Source: Mobula hypostoma
Lineage: Eukaryota
Length of the DNA stretch: 64,000 nt
Direction of reading: 5' to 3'
Assembly (NCBI RefSeq): GCF_963921235.1
Contig: NC_086111.1
Location: forward strand, 58,094,001 to 58,158,000
Numbering within the stretch: position 1 is the first letter of the stretch; each line of letters starts with the position of its first letter. Shown piece after piece: positions 1 to 13,809 of this stretch. Both the position numbers and the translations under genes were made by a program. The notes below the pieces were generated by a model, which worked only from the letters and a program-made list of their open reading frames with translations, was not told where the DNA came from and searched no databases.

Positions 1-410
1 TTGCATACTCACGCAGCTCCATCATGGGCACCAACCTCTCCATCATCAAGGACATCTTCAAAATGCAATGCCTCGCAAAAGGCAGCAGTCAGGATTAAGG
101 AACCCCACCACCCTTGACATGCCCTCTTCTCGATACTAGCATCAGAGGGTAGGTACAGGAGCCTGAAGACACTCAATGTTTTAGGAACAGCTTTTTTCCC
201 TCTGCATCGAGATTTCTGAACAGACAATGAACATACCGACACCGCCTCACTGCTTTTGCTCTCTTTTTGCACGATTTACTTAACGTTTAATCTACATTTC
301 TTATCATCATTTCTAGTATATTTTATGCATTGCATTGTACTGCTGCCACATAAAAAACACAAATTTCATGACATACATCAGTGATAAGAAACCTCGTTCC
401 GATTCTGAAT
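1..410 (+). mobile_element. Rex1/Babar-type LINE, 3' fragment (ORF C-terminus and 3' UTR)
   Basis: Degenerate I.K.PHHP.HALFS.L.S.GRRYRSL.T...RNSFFP coding remnant at about 90-225, AT-rich 3' UTR, tail gtgataagaaacc...gattctga. Confidence 0.75.
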
Positions 411-3244
411 GTCGTAGGTGTGTCACGAGAGTGTGAATTAACTTATCTCTAATTTCCTTTTGCTCCTTTTCCTGTGAGAAAGCACCCTGGCTTCTACTTC
501 CTGACTCTCCACTTGGACAACAAAGACTTCATTAAAGTACTATTGAAAATCTTTTTCGTGTAGTTTCAATAGTTGGCAAAGTAGAGGTACTGAAAAATTT
601 GCTCCGAGGAAGAGAAGTTTCCAATGATACTAATACAATGCTTTCAATTGAATAAAATGTTCCCAGATACCTAGAAAAATGCAGTAGTTTGGCAGTACGC
701 AAGCCCTTATGTTCGACCATGGGAGGTCACAGCCGGGAGGGGGGGGGGCCTGTAAAAAAAGTGACTCACTGTTGTTGATATTACTGTTCCTTAGAACATA
801 GCTGCTTGGTGGCAGAGTTTCAGTTTTCAGTATTTAACCCTATCCACTCCCATCCATTCTTGCCTCAGAATGGAGGGACCGCTGAGAGAAGATGAGGAAT
901 TGAAATGAAGCCTTAATGTTCAGTAAAACCAGCATCCTAACGTGACAGCATTTGGAGCCTAGAGGAACAATTGCACATCAATACAGCTGGAGCCAAATAA
1001 CTTCCAACTTGTATCTAAATACAGTTACTTTTAACATTTTATTTGCTTACTAGTCTGAATATCATTACAGCCGTTCCTCTTCTGCCTTGTAGATAATTTT
1101 GTTAATTTATTTGGGCCCAGACTTATAATCTGTTTTTGCCAAGTTTGTTTCTGTTTTTAAAAAAGCACATAGAAAAGATAATTATTTAAAAACCCTCGAT
1201 GTTCCGCACAATCCATTAAAAACATTATTATATCCTGTTCAGGAGAGAAACAAGAAGGCAACATAATTGGAACAGATCTAATACCCACTCTACATATGCC
1301 CAAGGGAAACAGGGTGGTTTCTCTGGACTTGTTATGAATCCACCTCCTGCAACCGGTTGTCAGAAGACAAACTTTCAGAAGCAACGTTTCTTCCTCACTC
1401 AGCTAAAGCAAAGCATTTCTCCATCTGCAGCCAAGCAACGAAGTGCCAAATTCATGTGGTATAGGCAACTAAGATTTCCACCCAAAACTCAAAATGGGAG
1501 TTCCTTGCTAGTGAGTATTCAACAAAGTTCCCCACATTTATCATTATCACATTTATGCAGTCTTATAAAGCTGTTAAAATATGCACGAATATCTTCACAA
1601 GTCACAGTACCTGAAGCACAGAAAAGGAAACACAAAGCCCAAATAATATTTATAGCAGTGGAATAATCCATATCTCCTGTAATTTAGGCACTTGAAATCC
1701 TAATACTGAACAATGATGACGATCGAGAGAGTCAATGGCAGCACTCCTGCATTCTGCTACTTCTTAGGGAAAAGCTGCATTTTCTGTCACCGCTTCCATC
1801 TACTGCACCTTGGTCCTTGTGTGGAAACGCCACGATACAATCATGAAACTGAAAACAACATTTGCAACTATACCACTTGTGACTGCTAATTAGGGCCCAC
1901 AAAGGGGGAACAGGAGTACAAAAGACTCTTACTGGTTACATGAGATGCATCTCCTCGTACTGAATTCTTCCAAAAAAACAGTTGAAGTGTTGAACTGCTT
2001 CTGGTTACTAGTTGCAGCTAAGCAGAAATCGTCTCTGAAAATTCTCGGAGTTTGTATCAACAGTGTTTTATTAAGTTTTCTAGTGGCTGGAAGTTTGATA
2101 TTCTGCTGTAGCAACACAAATTTGGAAAGAAATTGACCCTAGTTTATTTTTGGCTAAAGACATTGGACTCAACATTTCAACAGTGCAAGCCATTCCAAAG
2201 TATAAATCTGATAGTCATTGTACCAACTTTTATTGGAAGAAACAAGATTTTTTTTGCTGGTTATATATTCATAGCTGTTGTTTACATATTATACATAATA
2301 AAGATTACTTAAAACCTCGACTTTCCAAAGGCAATCAATTACAGATCAATTCTGGCAAGGAATCACAAAAAAAAGTTAACATATTGAATATACTAGAGCA
2401 AAATGCAGGGTAGTGCATAACAAAACTACCGATCAAAGCAAGTAATTAGCAGCTCCTCTCCACTGAAGGTGAATAGTTTATCATTTATGGCAAGGCTCAA
2501 CAGGATCACAACATTGATCCTAGCAGTTGGATTCCTCTTCATGGGGAACCCAGATTTCTGAACTTGCATTTTATCCAACATATCTCACAGTTCCTAAACA
2601 AGTTTCCCATTCCATTAGTTAAGGTTGAAACTTGTTTTGAATTCCTGAACCATCTATATACAGGTTTGATTTGCTTTTAAAAGATAATTAAAATCACTGG
2701 ACATTGTCAGTCCAGTAGTACAAGTTAAACCTGGTGCCTGGGGCCTGAATTTTTGCAGCATTCTGGAGGTTACGTAAACATGTGGGATTTTTTGGCTGCC
2801 TTTCGTCTCTTTGTTTTAGAGCCTGCTAGAAACACAAGGTAATTGTTCACTAGTGTGGAAGGTGAAATGAGACCATGTTCTGTGGCCTTCTCTGGGCATT
2901 GCAAGCATTTCTCTGATCCAGGCTGCCTTGAAGAATGGTTCTTCAATGAAAATGCAGGATCAATAGATTCATTTTTGTATCCTTATGACTTTTGACACAT
3001 TTACCAATATGTAATTCAACATTTAATTATAAGATTATATTAAGCATTTAATGGTCATCCATTGATGCTATATTTTGTTATAATTTCTAAAACTAGCACA
3101 TTTCAACAAGTGGAAAATATCAGTTATGAAATTTTGTCCTCAAAAGACCTCCATATCTACGCTTCACTGATGCAGTGTCATTTATCAATTATTTTATTTA
3201 CATCTGAATACACTTTTAATGATGCATAACAACAGGAAAATTGG

Positions 3245-3440
3245 AACTGAAAGGAAGATTTGCCTTTCATGATCCCAATCTGAGACGCAGCCAGTGAAGC
3301 TGATTTTGAAGTATATCCAGCATTCTCAAAGATAATGTAACTAATCTGTACAGCAAGCTCCAACCACAAGAAATCTGATAATAAGCAGAAAAACTGTTTT
3401 GGTGATGTTGATTGTGTTTAAATGTTGGCCCAAGGACATG
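3245..3440 (-). mobile_element. Ancient DeuSINE (SacSINE1-like) relic
   Basis: cagccagtgaag..ttttgaagt..cagcaagctcc..acaa..ctgataataagcagaaaaactgttttggtgatgttgattg..taaatgttggcccaaggaca resembles the antisense 3' half of the shark DeuSINE as I recall it; heavily diverged. Confidence 0.5.
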
Positions 3441-4098
3441 AATGATGGAATCTGAAGTGGAAATTAGAAGTTATTTCGGCTAACATTTTCATTCCCTTTC
3501 TCTCATTGTCTCCTGGTACCGTTGTGTTTTGATGATTTCAGATTTCCAAGTGCCAGAACCTTTGTAACTTATTCCCAAATGTCATGTTTCATGTGTAACC
3601 CAGGGCAGGGAGGCAACATGACTTATTCCCGCTATGCATCATCATTAATTGAAGCACTTCAACTTTCCAACAAGAGCTTGTGATTATCGATCATTAGTGA
3701 AAGCCTCTGCTCATTTTCCATTCTGAAGTTCAGCGACACATTGGTCCAGTGAATGATTTAGTGAATAGAACAAAGAAAATCACTGTAACCGAGGACCTTC
3801 CAGACATTACTTGGGCCCTGATCCTACACCCAGCACTGAGCTAATGGCACTTGCCGCTAGCCTCAATGAAAACTCCCAGCAAAGATCTCTCAACTTTTCC
3901 CAACAGTCTTGCCATCAGGCACCTACTGAAGGAATCTCTGCCATCTGACAACAGTAACATTATCAAGCTGGCTTTGCTGCTAATCAAACTGAAAAGTAGA
4001 AAGTTCTAAACAAGTGTTTTAAACATTCCAAGGGCACAAATGAAAGAACAGACGATACATATTATGATCTGAACAAAGAACATAAAATATTAAACTAC

Positions 4099-5022
4099 TG
4101 GGGACTGTCTTGTCTCCTTTTCTCTTCACCATTTACACCTCGGACTTCAACTACTACACAGAGCTTGTCATCTTCAGAAGTTTTCGGTTGACTCTGCCAT
4201 AGTTGGATGCCTCAGCAAAGGAGATGAGGCTGAGTACAGGGCTACGGTAGGAAACTTTGTTACATGGTGTGAGTAGAATTATCTGCAGCTTAATGTGAAA
4301 AAGACCTGAGGAGAGCTAAGGTACCAGTGACCCCTGTTTCCATCCAGGGGGTTAGTGTGGACATGGTGGAGGATTACAAATACCTGGGGATACGAATTGA
4401 CAATAAACTGGACTGGTCTAAGAACACTGCGGCTGTCTACAAGAAGGGTCAGAGCTGTCTCTATTTCCTGAGGAGAGTGAGGTCCTTTAACATCTGTCGG
4501 ACGATGCTGAGGATGTTCTACAAGTCTGTGGTGGCCAGTGCTATCATGTTTGCTGTTGTGTGCTGGGGCAGCAGGCTGAGGGTGGCAGACACCAACAGAG
4601 TCAACAAACTCATTCGTCAGGCCAGTGATGTTGTGGGGATGGAACTGGACTCTCTCACGGTGGTGTCTGAAAAGAGGATGCTGTCCAAGTTACATGCCAT
4701 CTTGGACAATGCCTCCCATCCACTACATAATGTATTGGGTGGGCACAGAAGTACATTCAGCCAGAGCCTCATTCCACCGAGATGCAGCACAGAGCGTCAT
4801 AGGAAGTCATTCCTGCCTGTGGCCATCAAACTTTACAACTCCTCCCTTGGAGGGTCAGACACCCTGAGCCAATAGGCTGGTCCTGGACTTATTTCATAAT
4901 TTACTGGCATAATTTACATATTACTATTTAACTATTTATGGTTTTATTACTACTTATTATTTATGGTGCAACTGTAACGAAAACCAATTTCCCCCGGGAT
5001 CAATAAAGTATGACTATGACTA
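4099..5022 (+). mobile_element. Rex1/Babar LINE, 5'-truncated (RT C-terminal half and DUF1891 region)
   Basis: GTVLSP.LFTIYTSDF remnant at 4100-4150; ORF 4327-4875 YKYLGIRIDNKLDWSKNT..KKGQSCLYFLRRVRSFNI..HRKSFLPVAIKLYN; tail caataaagta(tgacta)2. Confidence 0.9.
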
Positions 5023-5124
5023 TTATAAAATAAAATGAAAACAAATTGTTCTGTAAAACTCTACAGAATTTTTAAATAATTAGCTGCACCATGAAAAATT
5101 TGCTTTCACCTCACAAGGTAGAAA

Positions 5125-5430
5125 CGTATGCATTGAAGGTGAGGTGGGGCGGGGGGTAACGTTCAAGGGGGATGTGAGGGGTAAGTTTTTTTTACTCAGA
5201 GTGGTGGATGCCTGGATTGTGCTGCCTGGTATGGTGGTAGAAGCAAATACATTAGAGGCTTTTAAGAGACATTTAGATAGGCACATGAATGTGGGGAAGA
5301 TGGTGAGACGTGAACATTGTGTAGGTAGGAGGGATTCGTTTTTGGAGTTTTTTTGATGTTAATTTTTAACTAGTTCAGCACAACATGTGGGTGGAAGGAC
5401 CTGTTCCCGTACTGTACTATTCCATGTTCT
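5125..5430 (+). mobile_element. CR1/HER1 LINE 3' end
   Basis: FKGDVRGKFF..RVVDAW..LPG.VVEANTLEAFKRHLDRHM (ORF 5144-5356) followed by the CR1 3' UTR gaaggacctgttcccgtactgtactattccatgttcta. Confidence 0.9.
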
Positions 5431-6589
5431 AAAACACAATAACATCAGATATTTTTCCACCAAGAACATTGCTCATAAATATCAGAAATTCTTATCAATT
5501 CGTTCATTTATGAAGATTGCACTAGGCAAGGTTATAACTTTGTGGAAGAAATAGAGCAGCTCCTGACTTGAGGCATCTCATTATGCTCTTGTGTACCCAG
5601 AGGAACTTGATGAGTTTCACAGTGCAGTGAGATTGGCACCTTTGCCTGATCTAATCTCATAGTATATAATTATAGAACCATAGAGCTGTAACAGTGCAAA
5701 GGAATCCAATCCAGTTAATCCCATTTATTGGCTACTTTCCCAGCCTGCAATGTTTTCCCTTCATGTACTTATCCAAGTCCTATAGTCTCACATCAACATG
5801 GCTGATTTTAAATTACTTCCTGAAGTGGTCAAACAAGCAATTGAATTGTATCAAACTCCTACAGAAAATAAACATGAACAGATCATTCAGCCACAACCTG
5901 AGCATTATGTGGGAACTCCACAAAGCTCATCTGATTGTTAAGAATGCTGCAGCAAACCCACAAGTTCTTATATCTCAAAAGACGTGTAGAAACTGCAGGG
6001 GAACACCATCTACTTCAAGTTATACAGAACCATTATGTGGCACATGTATTTGCTTCATTGTCTGGGTCAACACCCTGAGACTGCTTATCTACTGGTAATT
6101 ATCTACATTGGTTGAAATGGTTAAAGATTGGGACCATCACCATCTTCTCCACATACCAGGATTGGCCTATCAGCAACAGCTGTACCTCAAAATCCCTTGC
6201 AAATTTCAAGATGCTTTATTGCCATCTTTCAGTTCAAGTCAAAAATTTCAGTCACTCTCTGGTACAAAAGAAGTCGACTTCACCAATTCCTGGTCCCAGG
6301 TAGGCATATTCTCGTAATTCCATGTGATCAATATTTGCATTGGTATACGCAGAGTCAGGTTGATAATCAAAGTGTTACATGACATTAAATTTGTTATGTT
6401 GCAGCAGCATTACAAATCAAAGATGTAAAAGTACTTTGAATTACACAGTAAATCATTTGTGTAAAGATCCTGCAACCTTCTGCAGCCTCTGGTGATCCTA
6501 TGTATTGAAGCCACCAGACTAAGCTATGATGCAACCAATCCACCATACACCTATGAAAAAACTATGATAAGGCAGTGATAACAAAGCAG

Positions 6590-8957
6590 GCTGCTCGCCT
6601 CGGCACTTCTCATCCGTGATCCTGACCACAGCTTACGTAATGCCAGCGGCCGATTATGAGCAAGCACTCGCAAAACTGCACTATGTTGTCTGCAGGCAAG
6701 AAACAGCTCAACCTGACGCATGCAGATTATAACTGGCGACTTTAACCAAGCCTGTTTGAAGAACACCCTGCCCAATTATACCAGCACGTAACCTGTTGCA
6801 CCAGAGGTGCCAACACACTAGACCACTACTACACTACGATAAGGAATGCCTATCGTTCCTTCCCCAGACCACATTTTGGCAAGTCAGATCACTTGTCTGT
6901 ACCCCTGCTACCTGCATACAGATAGAGCCTAAAGAGCAAGGCTCCAGAGATCAGGATAACTAAGTGTTGGTCACAGGGGGTAGAGGAACAGTTACAGGAT
7001 TGCCTGGAGTCAGTGGACAGGGCAGTGTTCATGAACTCATCTGAGGACCTGAATGAGTACACCAGGGTTGTTACAGACTTTATTAGAACAGCTGTGGATG
7101 AGTGTGTCCCCACAAAATTGTTCAGGGTTTTCCCCAACCCTGGATGAACAATGAAATCTGGAACTGCTAAGAGCCAGATCAGAGGCATCCAGGTCTGGAG
7201 ATCAAGAACGCTACAAGTGGTGCAGGTACGATCTCTGGAAAGCCATCTCTCAGGCAAAGTGGAGATTCCATACCAGACTGGAATCAATGAGGGACGTTTG
7301 ACAGCAGTGGCAGGACTCGATTGCCATAACCTCCTACAAAGCTAAATCTTGTGACTTAGGGGACAACATAGCTTCCAGATGAGCTCAATGCCTTCTATGC
7401 TCACTTCGATCACCAGAATAGGGAGGAACCATCGCAAGTGCCTCCTGATGATCCTTTGGTATCAGTATCTGAAGATGACGTGCGTGCTGCCTTCGAGAGA
7501 GTGAATCCAAGGAAATCATCCGGTTTGGATGGAGTACCTGGCCGAGTACTGACCTGTGCTGACCAACTGGCTGGTGTAGTCCGGATATCTTCAACCCCTC
7601 TCTCTGGCAGTGTGTGGTACCCACCTGCTTCAAGCAGGTTTTAATTATATCGGTACCCAAGAAGAGTGTGGTAATGTGTCCAAATGACTATCGCCCAGTA
7701 GCACTTACATCCATGGTGATGAAGTGTTTTGAGAGGCTGATGTTGAATCACATCAGCTCCTGTATGAGTGATAACTTAGAACCACTCCAATTTGCTGACC
7801 GAAGCAGCAAGTCTACAGGACATACTACTTTGTTGTCTCTTCATACAACCCTGGACCATCTGGACAGCAAAGATGCATACATCAGAATGTTCTTTATCGA
7901 TTACAGCTCGGCATTTAACACCATCATCACCTCAAAACTAATGAGAAAACTCAATACCCCCTGGTGCAATTGGATCCTGGATTTCCTCACTTGTAGACTC
8001 CAGTCAGTTTGGATTGGCAAAAATATCTCCTCTACAATCTCCATCAGCACAAGAGCACTGCAGGGATATGAGCTTAGACCCTGCTTTACTTGGTTTACAC
8101 CTATGACTGTATGGCTCAGCGCAGTTCCAGCACCATATACAAGTTTGCTGATGGCACCACTGTTGTGGGTTGTAGTAATAACAGCGGCCACTCACTCAAT
8201 GTCAATAAGACCAAAGAACTGATTGTAGACTTCAGAAGGAGGAAACCGGATGTCCATGGGCCAGTAATCATTGGAGGGTCAAAGGTGGAGAGGGTCAGTA
8301 ACTTTAAATTCCTGGGTGTCGCTATCTCAGAGGACCTGTCCTGGACCCATCGTATAAATGTAATTGCAAAGAAAGCACGACAGCGTCTCTACTTCCTCAG
8401 AAGAGTCATCAAACACCTTGGCAAACTTCAATACATGCATGTGGAAAGAGTGCCGACTGGCTGCATTGTGGCCTGATATGGGAACACCAATGCCTTTGAG
8501 CAGAAAATCCTACAAAAGGTAGTGGATTCAGCCCAGTACATCACTGGTAAAACCCTCCCAACCACTGAGTGCATCTACATGACACTTTGCCATAGAAAAG
8601 CAGCTTCCATCGTTAAAGATCCTCACCGCTCAGGCCGTGCTGTTTTCTCACTGCTGCCGTCAGGTAGAAGGTACAGGTGCATCAGGACTCACACCACCAG
8701 GTTCAAGCACAGTTACTACCCCTCAACCATCAGACCCTCGACAAAAGAGGATAACTACACTCATTTAATGTCTATGTTATATTGTTATTTCACATTTGTT
8801 ATTTATATCTGCATTGGCGCAGTTTGTTCTCGATTGATCCTGTTTACAGTTACTGTTCTATAAGTTTGCTAAGTATTACCGCGGAAAGCGAATCACAGGG
8901 TTGAATGTGGTGATGTGTATGTACTCTGATAGTAAATTTGACCTTGAACTTTGAAGT
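6590..8957 (+). mobile_element. Rex1/Babar LINE, long degenerate copy (APE endonuclease, RT, DUF1891)
   Basis: APE motifs IITGDFNQA, TRGANTLDH and FGKSDH at 6725-6890; RT DYRPVALTSMVMKCFERL, FIDYSSAFNTI, KFADGTTVVG; FKFLGVAISEDLSWT..KKARQRLYFLRR; tail gtaaatttgaccttgaactttgaa; many frameshifts. Confidence 0.92.
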
Positions 8958-9090
8958 TCAAAATTTGCTGTGTCTCTTCTTCATGCCCCTGCTTCTAAAC
9001 GTTTATTCCTGCAAGGCATCGCCTAGAAAAGAAGAGAACGAGTGGAGTATAGTTGAAAGGATTCCTGAGAAAACTTAAGGAGGATGATGT

Positions 9091-9340
9091 GGTGGCAAGG
9101 TAGCGTAGCAGCCAGTGTAACCCTTTACAGTGCCAGTGACCCAGCTCCCATTCCCACCGCTCTCTGTAAGGAGTTTCTATGTTCTCCCCTTGACTGCATG
9201 GGTTTCCGCTGGGTCCTCCAGTTTCCCCCTACATTCCAAAGTCACACAGGTTAGTAAAGTTAATTGGTCACATGGGCGTAATTGGGCAACCCAGACTAGT
9301 TGGGCCGAAGGGCTTGTTACCCAGCTCTATCTCTAAATAA
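9091..9340 (+). mobile_element. tRNA-derived V-SINE (HE1-like) with CR1-type tail
   Basis: tRNA-like head ggtggcaaggtagcgtagc; V-core ctgtaaggagttt..gttctcccc..gactgcatgggtttcc..ctccagtttcc..cattccaaag; tail tgggccgaagggcttgtt..ctctatctctaaataaa shared with CR1 3' ends. Confidence 0.8.
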
Positions 9341-9769
9341 ATCGGTGACTGGGAAACTCCTGAGCCAAAACAACCACCTACCAGCATCCTTGGCCGAGTC
9401 CCCAAGACATCAGATATCTAAAGCCTGTCAAGTGCTGGCACTAGAACTCGAAGGGGAGACAACCTTCTCATCAAAGTAATCAGGGACAGAATGAACCCAA
9501 TCAAGTTTTGAAAACACTCTCAAAGTGCCTCTTACAAAACAACTTTTCACACAATGGAAACTGGTGTGCAGGAAATCATCATAGACACTAATAGTCTGCC
9601 CGGGCATCATATGCTGTGGCAACTACAGTATCTAAGCATGGGCTACTAACAATCTTTAAATTCTTCTTAAAATCTGGGAGGTTCTAGAAATCTCTCAGCC
9701 TACCACACTGTACACATTCTAATGCAAGTCCCAAGTTGTTGACTTCAGAAGGAGTAGCGGACCGCACGA

Positions 9770-10528
9770 CCCAATTTACATCGGTGGTGTGCAAGTGCAA
9801 CAGGTCAGAAGCTTCAAGTTCCACGGGGTCAATATCACAAATGACCTGACTTGGTCCAACCAAGCAGTTCACTGCCAAGAAGGCCCACCAGCACCTTTAT
9901 TTCCTGAGAAAACTAAAGAAATTTGGCCTGTCCCCTAAAACACCCACTAATTTTTATAGATGCACCGTAGAAAGCATTCTTCCAGGGTGCATCACAACCT
10001 GGTATGGAAGTTGTCCTGTCCAAAAGACCAAAAGAAGCTGCAGAAGATCATGAACACGGCACAGCACATCACACAAACCAGTCTTCCATCCTTGGACTCA
10101 CTTTACACCGCACGTTGTCGGAGCAGTGCTGCCAGGATAATCAAGGACACGACCCACCCAGCCAACACACTTATCGTCCCTCTTCCCTCCAGGAGAAGGC
10201 TCAGGAGGTTGAAGACTCGTACGGCCAGATTTGGGAACAGCTTCTTTCCAACTGTGATAAGACTGCTGAACGGATCCTGACCCGGATCTGAGCCATACCC
10301 TCCAAATATCCGGACCTGCCTCTCAGTTTTTTTGCACTACCTTACTTTCCATTTTTCTATTTATGATTTATAATTTAAATTTTTAATATTTACTAATTTT
10401 TACTATTTTTAATGTTTAATATTTGTAATCCAGGGAGCAGGAAGCGCAGAATCAAATATCACTGTGATGATTGTACATTCTAGTATGAATTGTTTGGCGA
10501 CAATGAAGTATAAGTATAAAGTATAAAG
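9770..10528 (+). mobile_element. Rex1/Babar LINE 3' fragment
   Basis: AKKAHQHLYFLRKLKKFGL, FYRCTVESIL.GCITTWYG, IIKDTTHPANTL..RTARFGNSFFPTVIRLLN; tail (gtataaa)n. Confidence 0.9.
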
Positions 10529-10689
10529 AAACATCCTGCAATGAACAAAGATAGCCACAGAAGCAATTACTTTCATTCACTGACCAAGGCTGTTTTGAAG
10601 ATCTGATCACTGATTTTGGATGACGCAATGAATGATGTTACAATTGAGGATTCCCACCCCCAAGAAACAGGCAACAGGCACCCTGTCTG

Positions 10690-11570
10690 GCCGCAGCAGA
10701 GATGAAGAGAATGCAAGCCAGGGTAAACCCACGCAAATCTGCGGGGGCCAGACAACATACCTAGTCAGGTGCTGTTGGATCATGTGGCCCAGCTGACAGA
10801 GGTTTTAACAGACATATTTAATATCTCTTTGAAACAGCCCACTATCCCTGCAGGTTACAAGGCAGCTATAATCATTCCAGTGCCCAAGACAGCAACAGGA
10901 ACTGGCCTAAATGAGAACCTCCCAGTGGCACTGACTTCTGCAATCATGCAGTGCTTTGAACAGCTAGTAATTGATCATATAAAATCCCATTTTCCAGCTA
11001 CATTGGAGCCTTTCCAGTTCACCTACCACTCAAACCACTCCACTGATGAAGCCATTGCCTCAGACCTCCATTCCAATCTTGTCCAACCTAGAAACAACGC
11101 CTCAGATTCCAGGAAGTTGCTCATTAACTTCAGCTTGGTGTTTAACACAATCATCTCTCAGAAGCTGGTGAGTAGAGAATGTCTTCAATTGGACTCAACA
11201 CCCCTCTCTGCAACTTCTGGACAGAAAGACCAAAGTCAGTCTGAGTTGAAGCAACATCTCAAGCTCTATCTCACTGAGCACTGGTGCAGAAGCATCAGGA
11301 CTAGAACCACCAGCTTCTCTCCTCAGGCTGTGGGACTAATGAATATCCTGCCACCACCAAGGTCTCGTCACTAGGAGAGCGAGCAGTTTATTGTTTAAAG
11401 TTTGCCTGTGCTGTGCACTACATATAACTTGAATTACATATTATTAAATTATTTATGGTAATATTTTGTTTAATGTGCTGTGTATGATATATCTTGTGTG
11501 CACCATGGTCTGGAGGAACAATCTTTCGTTTGGTTGTATAAGTGTACAATCAGAGGACAATAAACTGGAC
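10690..11570 (+). mobile_element. Rex1/Babar LINE, internally deleted (RT N-half joined to 3' end)
   Basis: ORF 10769-11374 QLTEVLTDIFNISL..IIPVPK..PVALTSAIMQCFEQLV..NFSLVFNTI, then jumps to RSIRTRTTSFSPQAV; tail acaataaact. Confidence 0.85.
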
Positions 11571-12004
11571 ACCAAGAATGACTGAGCAGCTATCCAAGGA
11601 TCTCACTGCACAGGTTTCCCCGACACAGTATTGGACATATCAATGGAGGAAATGCAAAGCGGGAGGGATACAAGCTCCAGCAGATGTTCGAAAGATGTGT
11701 GAAAACCGTGGATGGTCTAGACAAGGCAGTAATGCAAGACTTAAAATCAGCTTGCCTATGTTGTCAATATCACTTCACGTACTATAGCTGGCAACATTCA
11801 CCAATGTTAAATGCTGCCCCATTCACTACACCCCTGTGACTCACCTCCCTCACTCAGGACCTAAACCATTCATACGCTGCTTCCACACTCACTCACTCTT
11901 ATTGCTCCATACCTTAAACCGAGCCTGCACACACTACCAGCTAACCATCAGTCAAAATGATCTAGATATGTTCACAGCATACTCCTACCCATCACCTAGA
12001 GTAG

Positions 12005-12110
12005 CTGCGACTTGCACCAGCCAATTAAGCTCATCGCACATCTTTGGGCTGTGTGAGGAAGCCAGGGCACCCACACAGTTGTGAGAAAAATCTGCAAACT
12101 CCACACAGAA
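12005..12110 (-). mobile_element. V-SINE core fragment
   Basis: cacatctttgggctgtgtgaggaagccagggcaccca..tgcaaactccacacaga is the antisense V-domain. Confidence 0.6.
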
Positions 12111-12824
12111 GAATATGGAGTTTCCTTTTCAGCTGCTGGGGTGGGTGGGATGGGAAAATGATCTCAGCTTCTCAAACCAGTTCTTTCACTTTCCCAAATG
12201 ACCAGATTCATTTTGGTCACTCAGCCCAGATCCAAAACCCATAGAGACAATGGCCTTACTTTCCTTTGACCTTTCCAACAGCCCATGACCTCATCAGTCC
12301 TAAATTTCACCTCTCCTCAAACTTCAAGCCATTGAAGTAACACTTGAGCACTTAAAGACATAAAGGAAAGCTGGCAAGAAACTGAGACAGACACAGTGGA
12401 AATCAAAGTAAAAAAAGGCATTAACGATTTTTCCAAAAGTTTCAAAGCCAAATATTTTACCATCCACATATGTTGTCATATGTTATTAGATCAAAGTTTT
12501 ATACTGTTGGTGGCATCCAAAGAAAATTAGTCATTAAGAAAACAGTATTTCTGAACTGGGCTATATTTATTCTGTTTGAGGTTAAGTATAGACAGAAAAC
12601 TTACAAAACTGGTGAGATTGTCCTGACCTCAGCCCATGGGCTGGTCTCGACTTGCAGTCCCAGTCTGTGCTGTCTGTCATTAGATGCAGAAGGCCGGAAA
12701 AGCCTCCACATCCAGCTGGTTCAGAAAGATGGAGCAAGCTCCTAAGTGTAATAAGGCCTTATGGTTCATAGTCTGACTCTTCTCCAACCATGAACCCTGA
12801 CGGTCTTTGAAGCCTGAACGCGAC

Positions 12825-13735
12825 TAGAAAAATGCTAGAAGCACTCAGGAGGTCTGCCAGTGTCAGTGGAAAGAGAAACACTTACGGTTTTGGGTCCAGA
12901 AACTCTTTTCACAAACTGTTTCTGATGACGAGAAACATTTAATATTTCTCCTTCCACGGATGCTGCCTGACCAGCTGAATGTTTCCAGCAATTTCTACTT
13001 CTGCTTTTTATTATTTTCCAGCCTTTGAGCTGAATGAAACAGTTCTTTCCCTCACAACTTGTGACTTCTCTCAGGCGTGACTTGCCATCTGACCTCCAGC
13101 TCGTCTTGAGCTTCTGTATTTGGCTGCACACAGGCAGAAGTCTGAGATACGCTGAGACCAACATGGCTGATGTCCAAATGTTCCCTCTGGAACAATCAGC
13201 TATCAGTCAGCGTGATTCTACCCATTGATCACAAAAGCAGTATACTGCAGATGCTGGAAATCTAACAAAAGGTCAAAAGATATTGGAAGTGCCAACATGT
13301 CATGAGGGATTCTGGGCAAAGAAACAGATGACATTTCAGATGAATGATATTTCATCAGAATATTTCTGATGGAAACTCATTCAGATAATCACCCGGAGTT
13401 GTTAACTCTGCTCCTCCTGCAGATGCTTCCAAGCCTGTAGAGAATCTGCACTTTATTTTCCCTCCTTCCCTTTTGGCATCATACCTCCAACTCATCTTGA
13501 AGCCCTGTATTTGTCTACATGAGCTTGTTTGAGATGCTAAGATCAAAGTGGCTGAGAGCAGAAAGCTCCCTACACTTTGATTTCACTTGAAGTCAATAAT
13601 TGGAAATCTCATACCTGTTAAATCTGACAAACCCTAGATTACACTGCATGGCCTCCGCCCAAAACGCCAACTGCTTATTCCTCAACACAGATACTGCTTC
13701 ACCCACTGAGTTCCTTCAGCATTTCATGTGTGTTG
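12825..13735. mobile_element. Cluster of three old Penelope-like pseudo-LTR remnants (about 12825-13000, 13245-13450, 13660-13735), two with inverted halves
   Basis: Recurrent gatgctgcctgaccagctga..ttccagca and ctgcagatgctggaaatct motifs with decayed ctgatga..gaaa cores. Confidence 0.6.
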
Positions 13736-13809
13736 TACCGCCAAGGTTGTATTTTTTTTCAGATCCCATGGCACATTATCTCTCAGTAGAAAGAAAGAGT
13801 TGACCCAAG

